From Massilicoli timonensis (GTDB lineage Bacteria; Bacillota_I; Bacilli_A; Erysipelotrichales; Erysipelotrichaceae), in assembly GCF_900199515.1 (NCBI RefSeq), contig NZ_LT963434.1, positions 1,353,272-1,385,271 of the forward strand: 32,000 nucleotides of DNA, in the 5' to 3' direction. Made by a program: the position numbers and the translations under genes. Shown in pieces: positions 1-8,441 of the stretch (position 1 is the stretch's first letter; each line of letters begins with the position of its first letter). The notes under the pieces were generated by a model, which did not search any database, was not told the DNA's origin, and saw nothing but the letters and a program-made list of their open reading frames with translations.

Positions 1-592
1 TAAAGATGATGGTCGCAAAGCCGATAGCCGGTAATACACCGCCCGCTACTTCAAGACCGTGCATGAGCCAGTCCGGAATAAATTCCATGACCGCATTGAC
101 TGCGTCTGCTCCGACATATACGGCCGCAAATACGACCGGAAAACGAAGCAGGAAATAGAAGATCTGCGGCAATACCGTACCGAGCATAAAGATTCCCTTG
201 CTGTTGCCTTCCTTGGCATACGTATCCGCTCTGTGAATAAAGAATGCGTTAACCGTACGGCGAATCTGATCGACAAATGCTCCTAATACGCCAAACGGCA
301 CTGCCAGTACCACTGCCGCTTCTGCCGATAAGTTTGATGCAAGTGCCAGCGGAATGGCAATCGCACCGGCAAGTCCCGCATCGGAAGGCAGATTACCGCC
401 CGCAAAGATCATTCCCAAATAGATCAACTGAATGCTTCCGCCTAAAATCATGGAAGTTTCCATATCCCCTGAAACAATACCGAAAACCAAACCATAGAAA
501 AGCGGCTGCCCTAATACATCATAAAACCAATACCCCAAACAGCAGTGTGCTAAATAATATAAGATACCCGCTGTGATCGCTAATTGTAACAT
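1..592 (-). CDS. PTS mannose/fructose/sorbose-family EIIC component (N-terminal ~197 codons; gene runs off left edge)
   Basis: Absent from the ORF track because there is no stop in the window. ATG at 592-590 lies 6 nt after GGAGGG. My translation MLQLAITAGILYYLAHCCLGYWFYDVLGQPLFYGLVFGIVSGDMETSMILGGSIQLIYLG...VLPAIGFATIIF is ManY/LevF-like and polytopic. It lies directly downstream of the EIIA and EIIB genes. Confidence 0.8.
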   Translation of the reverse strand, partial: MLQLAITAGILYYLAHCCLGYWFYDVLGQPLFYGLVFGIVSGDMETSMILGGSIQLIYLGMIFAGGNLPSDAGLAGAIAIPLALASNLSAEAAVVLAVPFGVLGAFVDQIRRTVNAFFIHRADTYAKEGNSKGIFMLGTVLPQIFYFLLRFPVVFAAVYVGADAVNAVMEFIPDWLMHGLEVAGGVLPAIGFATIIF

Positions 593-603
593 TTTAATCC
601 CTC

Positions 604-1095
604 CTATGAATAAAATTTCTTTAATGCGCTGTCTAACTCTTCTCTTGGCTCATTCGGCAGTACATGCAGATAAACATGGGTGCCTCTGCTTTGCATTTCC
701 TCTAGTAGTTTCGCATCTTTCGCATCAAAGGAAACCTGTCCCATCACCGTCTTTCTGCCACCGCTTCCGCCAAGTCCGCCGATCTGGAATTCTTTGATCG
801 GGAAGCCCTTGTTTAATGCGTCCATCGCTTCCTCCACGCTCTTGAACAACACCAAAATTCTTCCCTCTCCCATTTCGTTTTCTTTCCATGATGCGACTGC
901 TCCATCGACGCTCAGCACTTCCACCTTTACGCCCGGAGGCGCCGCCATGACGTAAATGCTCGCCATGAATTGATCTTTTGACAAGGCATCATTGATGACA
1001 ACGATGCGATTGGCATTTGCCTCTTTGACCCATTTAGTGATGACCTGCCCGTGGATCAAACGATAGTCTGCGCGAATCAGTTTAATTTCTGCCAT
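604..1095 (-). CDS. PTS mannose/sorbose-family EIIB component
   Basis: 163 aa. N-terminus MAEIKLIRADYRLIHGQV is the EIIB(Man/Sor) signature with the phosphorylatable His. It sits 4 nt after the EIIA stop. Confidence 0.85.
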   Translation of the reverse strand: MAEIKLIRADYRLIHGQVITKWVKEANANRIVVINDALSKDQFMASIYVMAAPPGVKVEVLSVDGAVASWKENEMGEGRILVLFKSVEEAMDALNKGFPIKEFQIGGLGGSGGRKTVMGQVSFDAKDAKLLEEMQSRGTHVYLHVLPNEPREELDSALKKFYS

Positions 1096-1099
1096 ATGC

Positions 1100-1504
1100 T
1101 TACTCCCTTCTTAATACCTTAATGACATCTTTGCCGCTCTCTTTTAATGTCTGAATGCCCAGCTCCACCAGCTCCTCTGCACTGCATCGCTCCTTTTGCG
1201 AATAAATTTCAATGAGCATGGCAAGATTTAATCCGGATAAAATATGCAGTGCATATCTGCCTGACAGCATCGCCATCGTATTTGACGGTGTACCGCCGAA
1301 TAAATCCACCAGCGCAATGACTTCCCTTGTTTCCTTTTGCAGTTTCGCTTCGATCAAAGCGCTGTATTCCTCCGGCGACATGCCCGGCAATAATGAAAAC
1401 ACCTGCACATCTTCCAGCTTGTCATAGATCATTTCCGCGCTCTTCACAAGTTCTTCGCCGAAACGCCCATGCGTACAAATATAGAGTATCTTTCCTTGGT
1501 CCAT
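1100..1504 (-). CDS. PTS mannose-family EIIA component
   Basis: The ORF track gives 1100-1537. I place the start at ATG 1504 (MDQGKILYICTHGRFGEEL...) because GGGAG lies 7 nt upstream and the sigma-54 promoter overlaps the longer version. The ICTHG motif is typical of EIIA(Man). Confidence 0.8.
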   Translation of the reverse strand: MDQGKILYICTHGRFGEELVKSAEMIYDKLEDVQVFSLLPGMSPEEYSALIEAKLQKETREVIALVDLFGGTPSNTMAMLSGRYALHILSGLNLAMLIEIYSQKERCSAEELVELGIQTLKESGKDVIKVLRRE

Positions 1505-1532
1505 CGTTTCACTCCCTTCTTGCTTATCATTA

Positions 1533-1548
1533 AGCAAGATTTATGCCA
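1533..1548 (-). promoter_or_regulatory. sigma-54 (-24/-12) promoter of the PTS operon
   Basis: The minus strand reads TGGCAT-aaatc-TTGCT, against consensus TGGCAC-N5-TTGCW. It lies ~30 nt upstream of the EIIA start and immediately downstream of a LevR-type sigma-54 activator gene. Confidence 0.8.
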
Positions 1549-1551
1549 AAT

Positions 1552-1588
1552 AAAAAAAGCAGCGAAATCAGGCTTCTGACTGCTGCTT
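1552..1588 (-). terminator. Rho-independent terminator after the LevR-type regulator gene
   Basis: Minus strand GCAGCAG-tcagaagcctgatttc-GCTGC followed by TTTTTTT, starting ~15 nt after the TGA stop at 1605-1603. Confidence 0.6.
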
Positions 1589-1602
1589 CTTATTTCAGTG
1601 TA

Positions 1603-4365
1603 TCAATCTGTGTCAAAAATATCCATAATATAACACACTTCCCCATCCGGAACGGTAATGTTAAATGTCGATTCGATGATCTCCATTGCGGTCCTGATGA
1701 TACGATATCGTTTTTCATCCGCTTTGATTCGTTTCTCTTCCTCACTGTAAGCCATCGCCTGCTTTTGAATGATCCTTTCGATCATACATCCTAAATGCAG
1801 CAGATAGCCGATCAAGATACGGTTATAATCCATGATCTCCATCATATTGTTGATGATCTGAAATGATTTGGTAATCGCATCATTGGCTTTCATCGGATCT
1901 AAAAACACCAATGAATCTGTTAATAAATTGTTGATCACAAAGTTAGGAAGCTGCGGTTTTACATTCTCTGCCCCGGTAACATTGATGATCAGATGTGAAA
2001 GCGTCGTCAAGCCATCGCCTAAGATCAAACGATCATTGGAAATATAAGTGGTATCGGGAATCGGCAGATCGATTGCGCCTACTACGGCCAATACACGCTT
2101 GCCTTCTAATGGCAAAGAAGAAAAACTGTCCGCATTGCAGGATAAGATCTCGATATGGTATTCATCTATGAGCGCAACTGCACTGCGTATGAGTTCTCCC
2201 AGCTTGATTGCCGCGCCTTCTCCCGTGATGCAGGTCGTAATAATGACAAGATCGTGGTCCATCTTCTGTTTGATGTCTTTTGCATAAGTCCTGCCGATAT
2301 AAGGGATATACGTTTTCATTTCCTCATATACCTGATCCAGTGTCTGTTCCGGCAGCATCGTCTTGCGGCTCGCCTCCAATACAAATGGAGTAGATACCAT
2401 GTCGATGGTCTTGACCTTGATGCCGGTCTTTTCTTCAATGATCTCGCCAAATGAAAGCAGCGATCCCATATCCACCAACAACAGGACCCCTTTGCCTTCA
2501 TTGATCTGTACGACCTTTTCAGTAACGATCGTTAAGAAAGCTTCGACATTCTGCTTCAGCGGCATATCCAGCGCGTGTGCATGGGTGCTGCGCATCAACG
2601 TATTGGCGGCATCCACCATATTGCGGGCAACGCCGTTTCCATGTGCCAGTACCAACAAACCGATCTTTTTATTTTCCAGTTCATGATTTTCCATTAACAG
2701 AAACATCGTCAAGAAGATCGTTTCCTGCTGCGGCAGTTCGATATCCAGTTCGCTTTGTAAAAAGTGCTTCATCGACTTTGCCACCTGAAATTCATTCGGA
2801 TGTTCCAGCGCAATATGATAAGCGCTTTGCTTGAGTGGATGACGCAGCTTGTTTTCCATAATAGCCGATACATGCAAGGCTAGTGCGATATAGATATTCT
2901 TCGGCAGCTTTTTATTCAGTTTGCTTTCCGCTAAGGAGATTGCGGTTTCCACCGCCTTATAGACACTGGGATGCACGATCTTAAACAGCTCTTCATTGCC
3001 GCCGTCGCCGTTTTTTACCATTCGATCCAGCAAATGCGCGATATAGTCTTCAATATAGCGCTTGATCTGACGATTGATCTCCTCATCGCTGCACCCTTGC
3101 TTTTCATAGAGCTCATACTGACGGTCAATGATCTCATATACATCTTCCTGATCCTGATGATCAAACGCTTCGATCATTGCCTCCTTATCAAACACAAGGT
3201 ATTCTTCCTGTTTCAGATCGAGGATAGAAGCGATTTCTTCATGGCGCTGGGTATTGAACAACCCGTTGTATAGTTGTTCAGGCAATAAAGAAGTTGTGAT
3301 CTTGATGCGGTTCTCGCCATTTGCAATACACTCTAAAAAACCTCTGGCACAGATCAGACGAATATCCGCTTTCAGCTGTCCGATATTGCCGGCGCACGCA
3401 TACGCTAACAGCGCGTCCATGATCTTGCGTTTGACATAGATCGGCAGCTGTACCTGTCCATATTCCTGACGAAAAAACTTTTCGATCAATTCCAATCGCT
3501 CTTTCAAAGGCCGTTCTTGCAACGAAGGCAAAGTGATCGTCATCGGAATGCGCCGCAGAAAGGTTTGAAGCAGGGCGGAATCGACATTTTCCGTCGTGGC
3601 GCCGATCATCAATAAATTCACCTTTCTGAGCGTATCTTCTCCAAGCCGCCGATAGCATCCTTTATCCAGCACCATAAACAGCATTTCCTGTCCTTCAGCA
3701 GGCAAACGATGGATTTCATCTAAAAACAAAATACCGCCATTGGCTTTTCCCACTAAACCAAGCGATTCCTTCATCGCGCCGGTATAAGCGCCTTTGGCAT
3801 AACCGAATAACTGCGCCAGCAGCAGTTGGGGATTATCCGCATACTCCGCACAGTTGAATACGATAAATTCCGCATCCTGCTCCAATACGCCATGACTTTT
3901 CGCATAACGGTACATGATTTCCGCAAACATCGTCTTGCCGCTTCCCGTCGGCCCGATCAGTAAAGTATGTAAACCGAAAGGCGGATAGATCATAGCTGCC
4001 TTTGCCTTTTGAATGTCCGTTTTCAAACTGCCTTCACTGCCGATGATGTGCATGAAATCATCTTCCTTATTCGTTTCTTGTAAAAAGGTTTTCAACGTCG
4101 CCACTTCATATGTTTGGATGTGGATAAAAAGCAGCGACTCCAGCACCTGCACATCAAAATAATAGACCGGCCTTCCCGTTATTTTCACAACACGTTTTTC
4201 TTCTAATAACCGATTCAATTCTTTACTGACATTGGCACGGTCAAGGTTCAATTGCTTCGCGATCTGCGCGGCGCTGCATCCTTCCACTCCGTTTGCGATG
4301 TCTTTTACTTTGATCGATTCACACTGTTTTCTCAGTTCATCGGCTATACGTGATTTTCGCAGCAT
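1603..4365 (-). CDS. LevR-type sigma-54-dependent transcriptional activator (HTH - AAA+ - PRD - EIIA(Man)-like - EIIB(Gat)-like - PRD)
   Basis: Walker A GPTGSGKT; LFGYAKGAYTGA (ESELFGH/GAFTGA-like); an EIIA-like segment IGLLVLAHGNGVA; a Cys-containing segment VIITTCITGEGAA. Start moved to ATG 4365 (MLRKSRIADEL...) because of AAGAAGGTG upstream. The resulting ~920 aa matches LevR size. Confidence 0.85.
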   Translation of the reverse strand: MLRKSRIADELRKQCESIKVKDIANGVEGCSAAQIAKQLNLDRANVSKELNRLLEEKRVVKITGRPVYYFDVQVLESLLFIHIQTYEVATLKTFLQETNKEDDFMHIIGSEGSLKTDIQKAKAAMIYPPFGLHTLLIGPTGSGKTMFAEIMYRYAKSHGVLEQDAEFIVFNCAEYADNPQLLLAQLFGYAKGAYTGAMKESLGLVGKANGGILFLDEIHRLPAEGQEMLFMVLDKGCYRRLGEDTLRKVNLLMIGATTENVDSALLQTFLRRIPMTITLPSLQERPLKERLELIEKFFRQEYGQVQLPIYVKRKIMDALLAYACAGNIGQLKADIRLICARGFLECIANGENRIKITTSLLPEQLYNGLFNTQRHEEIASILDLKQEEYLVFDKEAMIEAFDHQDQEDVYEIIDRQYELYEKQGCSDEEINRQIKRYIEDYIAHLLDRMVKNGDGGNEELFKIVHPSVYKAVETAISLAESKLNKKLPKNIYIALALHVSAIMENKLRHPLKQSAYHIALEHPNEFQVAKSMKHFLQSELDIELPQQETIFLTMFLLMENHELENKKIGLLVLAHGNGVARNMVDAANTLMRSTHAHALDMPLKQNVEAFLTIVTEKVVQINEGKGVLLLVDMGSLLSFGEIIEEKTGIKVKTIDMVSTPFVLEASRKTMLPEQTLDQVYEEMKTYIPYIGRTYAKDIKQKMDHDLVIITTCITGEGAAIKLGELIRSAVALIDEYHIEILSCNADSFSSLPLEGKRVLAVVGAIDLPIPDTTYISNDRLILGDGLTTLSHLIINVTGAENVKPQLPNFVINNLLTDSLVFLDPMKANDAITKSFQIINNMMEIMDYNRILIGYLLHLGCMIERIIQKQAMAYSEEEKRIKADEKRYRIIRTAMEIIESTFNITVPDGEVCYIMDIFDTD

Positions 4366-4537
4366 GTCATACACCTTCTTTCTTGCTTTCTTATGATTTT
4401 CATAGGTAATTTTAATTATAGAGGAAAAAAGAACAATACACAATTCCCATTCTGTTTCTTCTGCTATGGCGTTTTGCGGATAATGAAAAACGCCTTCTTA
4501 TTTAGAAAGCGCCGTTCTTTTTTCGGTATTGCGATTC

Positions 4538-5143
4538 TTATGCTTGATCTGATTCTTTTAAGCCCTCTAAACGCAGAGATGACTTTGCGGAGCGCAACGC
4601 TTTGACCAGCACCGGAATCACGATCAACGCCACGATCAGCGTGATCAGATTATAACCGAGGTTATATGTCCATGCTGAATAAATCCAAGCCGCTAAGCTG
4701 CCCGCAGCCTCTCCTTCCGGAAACCAGAAATAGACGCCGGACAGCACCTGACAAGCATATTTTAAGAATACCGCAAAGAAAATGCCGATATATAGATTGC
4801 TTCGTTTTTGCTTGCCCGCATAAACTGCCGGCATGATTGCCGCTAAGCCAAGTCCCATGAACGGTCCGATATAATCTAAGAAAGTCTGCATCGGTGTTAC
4901 CATGTATTTATTGAAACCGAACATCATGCCCAATACCCAAGCAATCAAACCGACACCTACGCCCCATTTCCAGCCTAAATGGAAAGATGCGAGAATGATC
5001 GCAATGACAAATAATTCTAAGCTGCCGCCATTTGGCATTTCAAAGATCGGCACCATCGTATTGAACGCCATAAATACGACCGCCAGTGCAGCATAAAATG
5101 CCGCAAACACCATTTTTTGAACTAGTTTTGATTGATTTGACAT
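4538..5143 (-). CDS. thiT: Thiamine transporter, ThiT-like ECF S-component
   Basis: 201-aa polytopic protein with a MPNGGSLEL motif, directly downstream of a TPP riboswitch. Confidence 0.7.
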   Translation of the reverse strand: MSNQSKLVQKMVFAAFYAALAVVFMAFNTMVPIFEMPNGGSLELFVIAIILASFHLGWKWGVGVGLIAWVLGMMFGFNKYMVTPMQTFLDYIGPFMGLGLAAIMPAVYAGKQKRSNLYIGIFFAVFLKYACQVLSGVYFWFPEGEAAGSLAAWIYSAWTYNLGYNLITLIVALIVIPVLVKALRSAKSSLRLEGLKESDQA

Positions 5144-5204
5144 AAAAAAACACCTCCATGATTGAGGCGTAGACAGTACGATCTTACTTTATCTGAAAAT
5201 AAGA

Positions 5205-5293
5205 TACAGGCTCCCTACGCTAGCATTAACTAGATCAGGTCATAAGGGACCGACTGTAAAACAGTACATCTCAGCAAAATGCGCCCCTGCCGA
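5205..5293 (-). promoter_or_regulatory. TPP (THI-box) riboswitch aptamer
   Basis: The minus strand reads CAGGGGCGC..GCTGAGA..(hairpin)..CCCTTATGACCTGATCTAGTTAATGCTAGCGTAGGGAGCCTG. This contains the invariant CUGAGA and ACCUGAUCUNGNUAAUNCNAGCGUAGGGA blocks. Confidence 0.9.
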
Positions 5294-5300
5294 CAGCTTT

Positions 5301-5328
5301 ATTATAAACATTCCTTTGTAAATTGCAA
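5301..5328 (-). promoter_or_regulatory. sigma-A-type promoter for the TPP riboswitch/thiT
   Basis: Minus strand TTGCAA - 16 nt - TATAAT, ~8 nt upstream of the aptamer. Confidence 0.5.
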
Positions 5329-5371
5329 GTATTCTCGCATAAAAGATTACTCAGCATGGCGTTTTCCATTT

Positions 5372-5983
5372 TCATGTCGTCAACTTCAAAAATGCAAGAA
5401 ATAAAAAGACGATACCACTGATCCAACTGATATCCAGTCGGCTTTTCCCATCCAGATAATTGCCGAGGCTAAGCCCGATCCCCAGCATTGCCATGCCGAT
5501 CAAAAAAGACAGCAGCACAATCACGACGCTCATCTCTTTCTGCATACCTGCCGCAAAGCCGGTTATCGCCGAATCAAGTGAAAGCGCCAATGCCAGATAT
5601 AAGGTTTCTTTCCAAGAGAGATCATTGGAATGGTCTTGATCCGCAGTTAATTCATCGGCATAAATATGCAGTACGATCGACACATTGCGGCAATGCAGGA
5701 TCCACTCTTTCTGTGCATGGATCCATTTTTTCAAGCTTGCCTGAAACAGCGTGCTGCAGCCGATACAAAAGAAAATGACAAAGGAAATGCCCTTGGTAAA
5801 TACGATCGACAGATCATCCTGCACGATGCCTGCCGCTCCCATCGAACAGCTCAAAGAAAGTGTTTCGATCAACGCGATGACCGCCATATTCAGCCACGAC
5901 ATCTTTACATGATTGCTGGCATAGGCAAAAGCCGCTGTTAAGCCATCTATACTGAGCGCCAATATCATCAGCAATAATTCCAC
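5372..5983 (-). CDS. DUF204 (MntP/YtaF-family) membrane protein; looks more YtaF-like than MntP-like
   Basis: 203 aa with two LSxD-containing halves (ALSIDGLTAAFAY; ALALSLDSAITGFAAGM) and a central ADQDHSNDLSWKE segment resembling sporulation protein YtaF. GTG start at 5983, 7 nt after GGGGAG. Confidence 0.6.
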   Translation of the reverse strand: MELLLMILALSIDGLTAAFAYASNHVKMSWLNMAVIALIETLSLSCSMGAAGIVQDDLSIVFTKGISFVIFFCIGCSTLFQASLKKWIHAQKEWILHCRNVSIVLHIYADELTADQDHSNDLSWKETLYLALALSLDSAITGFAAGMQKEMSVVIVLLSFLIGMAMLGIGLSLGNYLDGKSRLDISWISGIVFLFLAFLKLTT

Positions 5984-6040
5984 ACTATCACTCCCCGCTA
6001 GTCTATCCTATTAAGAAAGTGAAAGAACGTGCCTCTTTAT

Positions 6041-6078
6041 CAAAAAACGGAACCTCTCTAACAAGCTTCCGTTTTTTG
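6041..6078 (-). terminator. Rho-independent terminator after the MATE/83-aa operon
   Basis: Minus strand AACGGAAGC-ttgttagagag-GTTCCGTT followed by TTTTT; an A-run on the other side makes it look bidirectional. Confidence 0.65.
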
Positions 6079-6087
6079 CTTCATTGA

Positions 6088-6339
6088 TCATCCCTGTAAT
6101 CCTCTTGCTTGACGATCCATGTCCTCGATCACGATATCATAGATTTCTCCCAGCGTAGCACAATACGCAAGTACTAACCAAGGTGCATCGGTATGAAAGT
6201 GGATCTTGATCAATTCCTCATCACCGACGACCAAAAGACAATCGCCTTCAAAATGTTCTTGGAAATACGCGTGGATCGCATCTTCCGATAGATTGTTGCC
6301 CTCAATGAGCAGTTGGGTGTCATAACGATATGTAAGCAT
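6088..6339 (-). CDS. Small stand-alone protein resembling the central segment of FakA/YloV (DAK2-fusion) proteins
   Basis: 83 aa. GDCLLVVGDEELIKIHFHTDAPWLVLAYCATLGEIYDIVIEDM matches the remembered YloV pattern GDSLLVV.D..LVKVH.HT..PG.VL......G.L..IKI.NM. AAAGGAAG RBS 8 nt upstream. Located 24 nt after the MATE stop. Confidence 0.55.
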   Translation of the reverse strand: MLTYRYDTQLLIEGNNLSEDAIHAYFQEHFEGDCLLVVGDEELIKIHFHTDAPWLVLAYCATLGEIYDIVIEDMDRQARGLQG

Positions 6340-6363
6340 GATTTCGCTTCCTTTCTTTTTTTA

Positions 6364-7725
6364 TTATATCTGATTTTCGCTCTGCTTGCCAAACGCTTTC
6401 TTTCTTACCGCCATATAGCAAATGCCATGGGTCATGGCAGTTAAAAGCCATGAGATCGGATAGGAAATATAGAGAGAAAACAGCGTATGTTCCGCCTGAA
6501 AAATCGTAAAGATCCAGATAACGCGCAATAAACAGGCGCCGATCAGCGATACGATCATCGGCATGATCGAATATCCCAAGCCGCGGATACTGCCGACCAG
6601 TACATCCATCATACCGCAGAGGAAATAACTTGCGCATACGATGCTTAAACGACTTAGTCCTGCCGCTATTACCTGTGCATCGGAAGAATAAATGCCTAAC
6701 AAGAGATTGCCGCAAAGATAGGCGCCGCCACCAAGGGTGATGCCCACCACCGCAACCACACCGAGGCAGATCAGCAAAATACGATCGACCCGATGATATT
6801 GCTTTGCGCCCATGTTCTGGCTGGTAAAGCTAAGCGAGGTCTGATAGATCGCATTCATTGATGTATAGACAAAACCTTCGATATTGTTTGCGGAAGTATT
6901 ACCGGCCATTACGATCGATCCGAAGGAATTGACAGATGACTGGATCAAAACATTGGAAATGTTAAAGATCGTCCCTTGCAAGCCTGCCGGCAAACCGATC
7001 CTCATCATCTGCACGATCTTATCTCGGTGTGGACGCACTTTTTTCCATTCTAGTCGCAGCATTCCTTCCGATTGCTGCAAGCTCAATACGATCAATACCG
7101 CGGATATTGCCTGGGAAATGATGGTGGCGATCGCCACTCCCGCAACGCCCATATGAAAGACAATGACAAACAGCAGATTAAACAAGACATTGACGATCCC
7201 CGCTGCCAACAAAAAATAGAGGGGACGCTTCGTATCGCCGACAGAGCGTAAAGCCGCTGCACCGAAGTTATAGATCATAAATGCCGGCATACCGATAAAA
7301 TAAATGCGCATATATAGTACTGCCAGATCCAATACATTATCCGGTGTTCCCATCAGTTCCAACAAAGGACGCGCCAATAAGATCCCCACAAAGATCATGA
7401 CGATGCCCGAAACTGCCGCGGTAAAGATCGCACTGTGCAGCGTTTCTTCCACATTCTTGCGATCGTTTGCCCCATAATAGCGTCCGATCAGTACATTCGC
7501 ACCGACGGAAATACCGATAAATAAATTAACCAGCAAATTGATCAGCGAACTGGTGGAGCCTACCGCCGCCAGCGCATGACTGCCGCTGAAACGCCCGACC
7601 ACGATAATATCCGCCGCATTAAATAATAACTGCAAGATGCCCGACAAAATCAGCGGTATCGCAAAAAGGATGATCTGTCGAAACAGCGGTCCTTTGCACA
7701 TATTCATTTCATAAGATCGTTTCAT
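6364..7725 (-). CDS. MATE family efflux transporter
   Basis: 453 aa with ~12 hydrophobic segments. N-terminus GPLFRQIILFAIPLILSGILQLLFNAADIIVVGRF is typical of NorM/MATE. An extended -10 (TGcTATAAT) lies upstream at ~7760-7770. Confidence 0.85.
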   Translation of the reverse strand: MKRSYEMNMCKGPLFRQIILFAIPLILSGILQLLFNAADIIVVGRFSGSHALAAVGSTSSLINLLVNLFIGISVGANVLIGRYYGANDRKNVEETLHSAIFTAAVSGIVMIFVGILLARPLLELMGTPDNVLDLAVLYMRIYFIGMPAFMIYNFGAAALRSVGDTKRPLYFLLAAGIVNVLFNLLFVIVFHMGVAGVAIATIISQAISAVLIVLSLQQSEGMLRLEWKKVRPHRDKIVQMMRIGLPAGLQGTIFNISNVLIQSSVNSFGSIVMAGNTSANNIEGFVYTSMNAIYQTSLSFTSQNMGAKQYHRVDRILLICLGVVAVVGITLGGGAYLCGNLLLGIYSSDAQVIAAGLSRLSIVCASYFLCGMMDVLVGSIRGLGYSIMPMIVSLIGACLLRVIWIFTIFQAEHTLFSLYISYPISWLLTAMTHGICYMAVRKKAFGKQSENQI

Positions 7726-7785
7726 TTCCTCATCTTCTTTCTATCCCGATCTAAATAAGAAGTTATGCATTATTATAGCAAGTTC

Positions 7786-8328
7786 TTATTTGAATGTTAA
7801 GGGCGTGCATTCTATTTTGGAAACTGCATTCTTTTCAAAATGATATTTTACCTGTACCTTTGATCGATCCTGCTGCCATTCATCTACCTGCATACAGACC
7901 CCGCCGACATGTTCATAAAACTTTCTGGCATTTTCATTATAGCGATTACAAGATACGAAAAAGTGATCTGTTTTCTGCCATAGTCTTTCACAGGCAAATA
8001 AAAACAATCACTTTCCAAGTCCCTGCTTCCGGTATGCTTTTCTGATGTTCAATAAACCGATCTCATATTCATCATGGTCAAACGGAACACAAGCTTTCCC
8101 ATAACTCACATAGGCGATCAGCTCTTGCCACTCAAAACCCCCATATAAAAATACTTCCTCTTGTTTCAAATAGGCACGCCGCTTTGCCATCTGTTCTTCC
8201 ATTTGATATTGATCGATCTTGGTATCCGGATAGATCCCTCGATATGTTTCCTCCCATATCTGTTTCTTACAGTACGCCAAAGCATATGCGTCTTTTTCAT
8301 ATCATTTTGTAATCACCGTTGATTTCAT
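7786..8328 (-). pseudogene. GNAT-family N-acetyltransferase interrupted by two in-frame TGA codons
   Basis: ORFs 8008-8280 and 7786-8007 share one frame and are separated only by TGA (8010-8008). That stop falls inside the acetyl-CoA motif RKQGLGK*LFLFACERL. Upstream in the same frame, ATG 8328 gives MKSTVITK, then TGA (8304-8302), then YEKDAYALAYCKK. The C-terminal NENARKFYEHVGG is GNAT-typical. Confidence 0.7.
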
Positions 8329-8441
8329 GATATGATGATAGCAAGGATTGCTTTTCACAACAAGGAAAGAACGGCGCTCTCTCCTATTTATTGATAGAAA
8401 AAGCAATGCCGTTATTTCTATCAGAAAGCATGGTGATCGAT

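Noticed and set aside
46-576. ORF-track ORFs 46-276(-), 59-286(+), 277-576(+)
   Set aside because: These are shadow frames of the real EIIC gene (minus strand, frame starting at 592), which the track missed because it has no stop in the window.
4440-4537. Hairpin GGCGTTTT-gcggataatg-AAAACGCC downstream of thiT as its terminator
   Set aside because: On the thiT (minus) strand it is not followed by a T-run; the T-rich tract is on the plus strand, where there is no upstream gene. It is left unannotated as uncertain.
5984-6087. Possible yybP-ykoY (Mn2+) riboswitch upstream of the DUF204/MntP-family gene
   Set aside because: Only ~100 nt are available, and most of that is the terminator of the upstream operon plus the RBS (GGGGAG). 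The conserved four-way-junction sequence blocks are not present.
6210-6715. ORFs 6210-6392(-) and 6320-6715(-)
   Set aside because: These are out-of-frame overlaps of the MATE gene and the 83-aa gene, with Arg-rich atypical composition.
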